From an uncultured Methanosarcinales archaeon (GTDB lineage: Archaea > Nanobdellota > Nanobdellia > Woesearchaeales > CAZYIM01): a stretch of DNA of 42,121 bases. Of this stretch, positions 38,234 to 42,121 are shown piece by piece. Made by a program: the position numbers and the translations under genes. Positions within the stretch are counted from its first letter, which is position 1. Each line of letters begins with the position of its first letter. The stretch lies in NCBI GenBank assembly GCA_964647565.1, contig CAZYIM010000024.1, forward strand, positions 1-42,121, written 5' to 3'. Below the pieces are notes generated by a model. It did no database searches, was not told the origin of the DNA, and was given only the letters and a program-made list of their open reading frames with translations.

Positions 38234-39475
38234 ATGATAAATATTCCGTTAAGTCATATCCTAAAAAAAATAAAAGAAAGTACCAATATTTCCGACGAGG
38301 AAATAGACAAAAAGATCAAAGCAAAACTAGACCAGCTTTCGGGTCTGATTTCTGAAGAAGGTGCTGCTCATATTGTCGCCAATGAGTTAGGTGTCAAGCT
38401 GGTAGAGACTTCTGGCAAGCTCCAGATTAATAACATTCTTGCAGGTATGAGAAATGTTGAAGTGGCTGGCAAGATCACAAGAAAGTATGAAGTCAGGTCA
38501 TTTGAGACAGAGAAAAGGAAAGGTAAATTAGGAAGTTTTATGATGGCGGATGACAGCGGGTTTATACGAGTTGTTCTCTGGAATGATAAGGCAGATACCT
38601 TAGAGAAACTGAATGAGGGAGACATTGTTCTTATCAATGGCGCTTATGCTAGAGAAAACAACAATCGAAAAGAGCTGCATTTAAGCGATACAAGTGTGAT
38701 GGACATTAATCCTGCAAATATAAAGATTAATGTTGAAACCCAAACTACTCAAAGGAAAAAAATTGCTGAATTAACACAAGAAGATGATAATGTCGAACTT
38801 CTGGCAACTATTGTTGAAGTTTTCAGCCCAACATTTTTTGAGGTCTGTCCGCAATGCAATAAAAGAATAAGACAAGGAGATGAAGGATTTCTTTGTGCAG
38901 AGCACGGCAAGGTTGAACCCTCTTTTAGATATGTTTTCAATATATATCTGGATGATGGTTCGGATAATGTAAGGTGTGTTTTATGGAGACAACAGGCTCA
39001 AAGGCTTTTTGATATGACTGAAGAGGATATACTTAAGTTGAAAGATACCCCCGCACCATTTGACACCAAGAAGAACGATCTTTTAGGGAAAATTGTCAAA
39101 GTTGTGGGTAGAGCTAATTTCAATGAGAACTTTAACAGGGTCGAGTTTGTGCCCAATCTGGTTTTTACAAATGTAAATCCTGAAGAAGAGATAGCTAAAA
39201 TGAAAGCATCTGAAGGAACAGAGACTCCTAAAGAAGAACCTGCAAAGGTTGTTGAAGAAACTGTTGCGCCTGAGGCTACACCAGAAGTAAAGCCTGAAGT
39301 GCCTGCACCTGTTGAGGACACACCCGCAACAAAGGTTCAAACAACCCAAACAACTTCAGAGACAATTGTTGAGGCTGCCCAAGAACCTGCTCCTGAGAAA
39401 AAGCCTGTCGAAGCAGAGATTGAAGAGATACCTGATTTGGATGAAGAATTAGTGTCTATTGAAGATCTTGAATAA
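38234..39475 (+). CDS. rpa: Replication protein A (OB folds plus Zn finger) with acidic C-terminal tail
   Basis: GLISEEGAAHIVANELGV, DDSGFIRVVLW, CPQC..CAEHG, LDDGSDNVRCVLW; GGGGGT RBS before ATG 38234 (alternative start 38222). Confidence 0.88.
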   Translation: MINIPLSHILKKIKESTNISDEEIDKKIKAKLDQLSGLISEEGAAHIVANELGVKLVETSGKLQINNILAGMRNVEVAGKITRKYEVRSFETEKRKGKLGSFMMADDSGFIRVVLWNDKADTLEKLNEGDIVLINGAYARENNNRKELHLSDTSVMDINPANIKINVETQTTQRKKIAELTQEDDNVELLATIVEVFSPTFFEVCPQCNKRIRQGDEGFLCAEHGKVEPSFRYVFNIYLDDGSDNVRCVLWRQQAQRLFDMTEEDILKLKDTPAPFDTKKNDLLGKIVKVVGRANFNENFNRVEFVPNLVFTNVNPEEEIAKMKASEGTETPKEEPAKVVEETVAPEATPEVKPEVPAPVEDTPATKVQTTQTTSETIVEAAQEPAPEKKPVEAEIEEIPDLDEELVSIEDLE

Positions 39476-39489
39476 ATTTTATTCTGAAA

Positions 39490-39924
39490 ATGAGATGGTT
39501 TACCCATTTAGCATTTGGCATTCTTATATTATTAATAATCAATAAATATTATTCGCCTGTCAATATCACAATTCTGATTTTGGTGTTATTTGCCTCTCTC
39601 TTTCCAGACATCGATGAAAGAAGATCAAAAATAGGAAGAAAAGTCAAGATCATTGGATGGGCCTTCAAACATAGAGGTTTTTTTCATTCAATATTTGCTA
39701 TCCTGCTTTTTTCTCTGTTAATTCACGGGATTTTTAATAATTGGATATATACATTAAGCTTTTTAGTATCATACCTTGGCCACCTCGTATTAGATGCATT
39801 AACATATCAAGGCATCTCTTTTTTCCCTTTCAAAAGAATAAAGGGATTTATGAAAACAGGTTCCTGGTTGGAATATATCTTGTTTCTTGTGCTATTCATC
39901 GTCATAATAATCATGTTTTTTTAG
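39490..39924 (+). CDS. Membrane-bound metal-dependent hydrolase (YdjM-like)
   Basis: TH, PDID, HRGFFHS and HLVLDALT..G motifs with several TM helices. Confidence 0.85.
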   Translation: MRWFTHLAFGILILLIINKYYSPVNITILILVLFASLFPDIDERRSKIGRKVKIIGWAFKHRGFFHSIFAILLFSLLIHGIFNNWIYTLSFLVSYLGHLVLDALTYQGISFFPFKRIKGFMKTGSWLEYILFLVLFIVIIIMFF

Positions 39925-39986
39925 TGCACTGGACTCACTGGACACTATCACATAAGGTATTTAAATGAGTAAATATATCTTATCTA

Positions 39987-40081
39987 TGTCGTAAAAAAAA
40001 CTTACGGCAACTCCCATCCCTGGCAGCCTGGCTCTGCCTAAATAAGGGATGTTGAAATAAAAAGCGAAAGCAAAGGAGTTG
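39987..40081 (+). promoter_or_regulatory. Structured 5' leader sequestering the RBS
   Basis: Stems TGTCGTAA/TTACGGCA, CAACTCC/GGAGTTG, CATCCCT/AGGGATG and GGCAG/CTGCC; TATTTAAA at about 39958 upstream. Confidence 0.55.
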
Positions 40082-40087
40082 ATATAT

Positions 40088-40387
40088 ATGGAAAAAACTA
40101 AAGTCCCAAGCGTAAATGACGTAATGGGAAAAAACCTGCCTGAAAAAAAGTTCAGAGCTGGACCAATAACCGCCACCATTTGGCAGAACGAAACACAGAG
40201 AGATGGAAAGACAGTTTCTTATAACACCATTTCTTTTGAAAGGAGCTATAAAGATAAGAACGATGAGTGGCAGACGACCAATTCTTTGAGGATGAATGAC
40301 TTGCCTCGGGCAGTACTTGTACTGAATAAGGCATATGAATTCTTAGCACTTAAAGATGTTGAGTCTATCCAAGAGGAAAACGTATAG
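40088..40387 (+). CDS. Small conserved hypothetical protein, possibly single-stranded nucleic-acid binding
   Basis: GGAG RBS before ATG 40088; PEKKFRAGPITATIWQN..FERSYKDKNDEWQTTNS..DLP. Function is inferred from the beta-rich aromatic/basic pattern and the rpa-radA context. Confidence 0.65.
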   Translation: MEKTKVPSVNDVMGKNLPEKKFRAGPITATIWQNETQRDGKTVSYNTISFERSYKDKNDEWQTTNSLRMNDLPRAVLVLNKAYEFLALKDVESIQEENV

Positions 40388-40397
40388 TTTTCCAATA

Positions 40398-40414
40398 TTT
40401 TTTTTATTTTTTTT
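40398..40414 (+). terminator. Oligo-T terminator
   Basis: Two T8 runs just after TAG 40387. Confidence 0.5.
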
Positions 40415-40419
40415 CCCAA

Positions 40420-40460
40420 TTCAGTAACTTACAAAACCTTTTTGGTTTTGAAGTTCTGAA
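40420..40460. repeat. Copy of the bulged inverted repeat upstream of radA
   Basis: TTCAG-T-AACTT-A-CAAAACC-TTTTT-GGTTTTG-AAGTT-CTGAA; overlapped by a perfect 11-bp IR TTCTGAAATAT/ATATTTCAGAA (40454-40480). Confidence 0.75.
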
Positions 40461-40505
40461 ATATCTGGAATATTTCAGAAACTTTCCGAAAAAACTCAAA
40501 AAAAA

Positions 40506-40515
40506 TATATAAACC
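40506..40515 (+). promoter_or_regulatory. TATA promoter of radA
   Basis: TATATAAACC preceded by an A-run; the same decamer occurs at 32869 and 38195. Confidence 0.55.
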
Positions 40516-40542
40516 ATTAAACGAAAATAAGTGATGATAAAA

Positions 40543-41484
40543 ATGAATAAAGAAAAACCACCTTCTATTGAAAACCTACCCGGTGTTGGAGCAGCAACAG
40601 CAGAAAAATTGATTACTGCTGGATATGATGACATGATGAGTATTGCAGTGGCGAGCCCTGGAGAGCTAATAGATGCTTCTGGAGTGACAGAGTCTGTGGC
40701 AAGAAAGATAATAATTGCTGCCAGAGGTTCCCTGAACATGGGATTCCAATCTGGCATAGATCTTCTAAATAAAAGAGAACATGTAAACAAATTTACAACA
40801 GGCAGCAAAGCTATTGACTTGTTGATGGGTGGCGGTTTTGAATCTGCTGCCATAACTGAGTGTTTTGGTGCTTATGGAAGCGCTAAAACCCAACTCGCAC
40901 ATGCATTAGCAGTTAACTGTCAGATAGATGATCCTGAGGCAGTTGCAGTATATATAGATACTGAAAATACCTTTCGCCCTGAAAGAATTCAGCAATTTGC
41001 TAAAGGACAAAATCTTGAGCCTGAGCCTGTGTTGAAGAATATTAAGGTTGCAAGAGCCTTTAACTCTGATCATCAATTGTTGCTGGCTGAAAAAGTAGAG
41101 GAACTCGTAAAACAGGGCCTCAAGATAAAGGTGCTTGTAGTAGATTCCTTAACAGCTCATTTCAGGGCTGAGTTCATAGGTAGAGGTACACTTGCTGAAA
41201 GGCAGCAGAAACTAAACAAGCACATGCATTTGCTGGCTAAGTTAGCAGATGTATACAATATATGTGTCTATGTTACTAATCAGGTAATGTCCAAACCAGA
41301 TACTTTTTTTGGAGATCCTACAGAAGCTATTGGTGGTCATGTTGTTGCGCACAACAGTACTTTTAGGATATATCTGAGGAAGGGTAAGAAAGGAACCCGA
41401 GTTGCAAAACTTGTTGATAGTCCTAATTTACCTGAGGCAGAAGCCATATTCATGATAACTGAGGCAGGTATTGCTGACGTATGA
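40543..41484 (+). CDS. radA: DNA repair and recombination protein RadA
   Basis: HhH LPGVG..TAEKL, YIDTENTFRPERI, VVDSLTAHFRAE..GRGTLAERQQKLN, TNQV, IGGHVVAH, LVDSPNLPEAEA. Start could be 40531, 40534 or 40543. Confidence 0.96.
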   Translation: MNKEKPPSIENLPGVGAATAEKLITAGYDDMMSIAVASPGELIDASGVTESVARKIIIAARGSLNMGFQSGIDLLNKREHVNKFTTGSKAIDLLMGGGFESAAITECFGAYGSAKTQLAHALAVNCQIDDPEAVAVYIDTENTFRPERIQQFAKGQNLEPEPVLKNIKVARAFNSDHQLLLAEKVEELVKQGLKIKVLVVDSLTAHFRAEFIGRGTLAERQQKLNKHMHLLAKLADVYNICVYVTNQVMSKPDTFFGDPTEAIGGHVVAHNSTFRIYLRKGKKGTRVAKLVDSPNLPEAEAIFMITEAGIADV

Positions 41485-41502
41485 TTCTTTTTTTTCTTTT
41501 TT
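41485..41502 (+). terminator. Oligo-T terminator after radA
   Basis: T-rich run (T2, T8 and T6 separated by single C) directly after the TGA. Confidence 0.55.
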
Positions 41503-41607
41503 GTCACTACTTACAGGCGATTTTATCATAACATTTATAAAACAAATTCTATTCTCTCCTCTTAATACGCCTTTGGCGTAGAAAATATAGATAGGTGAAA
41601 TACGGAA

Positions 41608-42121
41608 ATGTATAGACAAAATAGATATGGTTTCTCACCGGTGAAAGTCGGTGATGAGTTGGACGTAAGGATAGATGCCGTCGGCGAAAAAGGCGATGGT
41701 CTAGCTAGAAAGGATGGCTTTGTGCTGTTTGTCCCTGGTGTTAAGGAAGGGGATGAAGTTAGAATTAAAGTGACAAAAGTCCTAAGAAAAGTAGGATTTG
41801 CAGAAGTTACTGGTAAAGCAGAAGGACCTATAGAAGCAAGCGAACCTAAGGCAGAAGATGCTGAAACTAGCGGAGATGAAGCTGAAGAGACTACAGCTGC
41901 TGCAGAAGAGGATAACCTCGATCTTAGTGGAGAGAATGACTCTGAGGATTTCGGAGAAGATTCTTCAGAGGAAGCTGCTGCTGAGGATGAGGTTGTTGAA
42001 GAGGAAGTTGCTGCGGAAGAAGCTGAAGTTGAAGTTGAGGAAGCTGCTGCTGAGGATGAGGCTGAAGTTGAGGAAGCTCCTGAAGAGGAAGCTGCTGCTG
42101 AGGATGAGGCTGTTGAAGAGG
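41608..42121 (+). CDS. Single TRAM-domain protein with long acidic tail (3'-truncated; not in ORF track)
   Basis: AGGTGA RBS (41593-41598), TTTATAAA at 41534; MYRQNRYGFSPVKVGDELDVRIDAVGEKGDGLARKDGFVLFVPGVKEGDEVRIKVTKVLRKVGFAEV, then an E/A/D-rich tail open to the window end. Confidence 0.9.
   Translation, partial: MYRQNRYGFSPVKVGDELDVRIDAVGEKGDGLARKDGFVLFVPGVKEGDEVRIKVTKVLRKVGFAEVTGKAEGPIEASEPKAEDAETSGDEAEETTAAAEEDNLDLSGENDSEDFGEDSSEEAAAEDEVVEEEVAAEEAEVEVEEAAAEDEAEVEEAPEEEAAAEDEAVEE
41968..42109 (+). repeat. Three copies of GAGGAAGCTGCTGCTGAGGATGAGG (EEAAAEDE)
   Basis: Copies start at 41968, 42037 and 42085. Confidence 0.85.

Noticed and set aside
235..41619. The many 60-170 aa alternative-frame and antisense ORFs in the track
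   Set aside because: They lie within longer, motif-supported genes and look like shadow frames; none has independent support.
1..42121. tRNA, rRNA, transposase or integrase genes
   Set aside because: None was recognised; intergenic gaps are short and lack the diagnostic motifs.

Overview
This is an archaeal chromosomal window, judged from RadA, a Zn-finger RPA, a single-TRAM protein, TATA/BRE promoters and class III signal peptides. The gene style suggests a DPANN/Woesearchaeota-like organism (inference). About 38 kb is one co-oriented cell-surface locus with three parts. (1) 1-9777: four coupled genes that each carry a successive, collinear piece of an RHS/YD-repeat shell. Genes 2-4 have their own signal peptides, and no RHS core or toxin tip is visible. 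(2) 9850-20587: two giant Cys-rich/Ig-like surface proteins, one membrane-anchored with a 717-bp internal duplication. (3) 20592-38150: about 18 genes with class III (prepilin-type) signal peptides, interrupted by one reverse-strand FG-GAP gene that the supplied track mislabels as +. The pilin-like genes include mini-pilins missed by the ORF track, small pilins with beta-defensin-like Cys spacing, and a glycine-zipper protein. Three pilin-like proteins carry bacterial peptidoglycan-hydrolase folds: an intact-looking lytic transglycosylase, a catalytically degenerate NlpC/P60 and a degenerate Amidase_3. Together these suggest a pilus-based apparatus for binding or opening bacterial cell walls, which is the best candidate for a new system. 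The window ends with RPA, a YdjM-like hydrolase, a small conserved protein behind a structured 5' leader, radA and a truncated TRAM gene. A short bulged-hairpin repeat recurs in intergenic regions. All domain calls are by eye from motifs; no searches were run.
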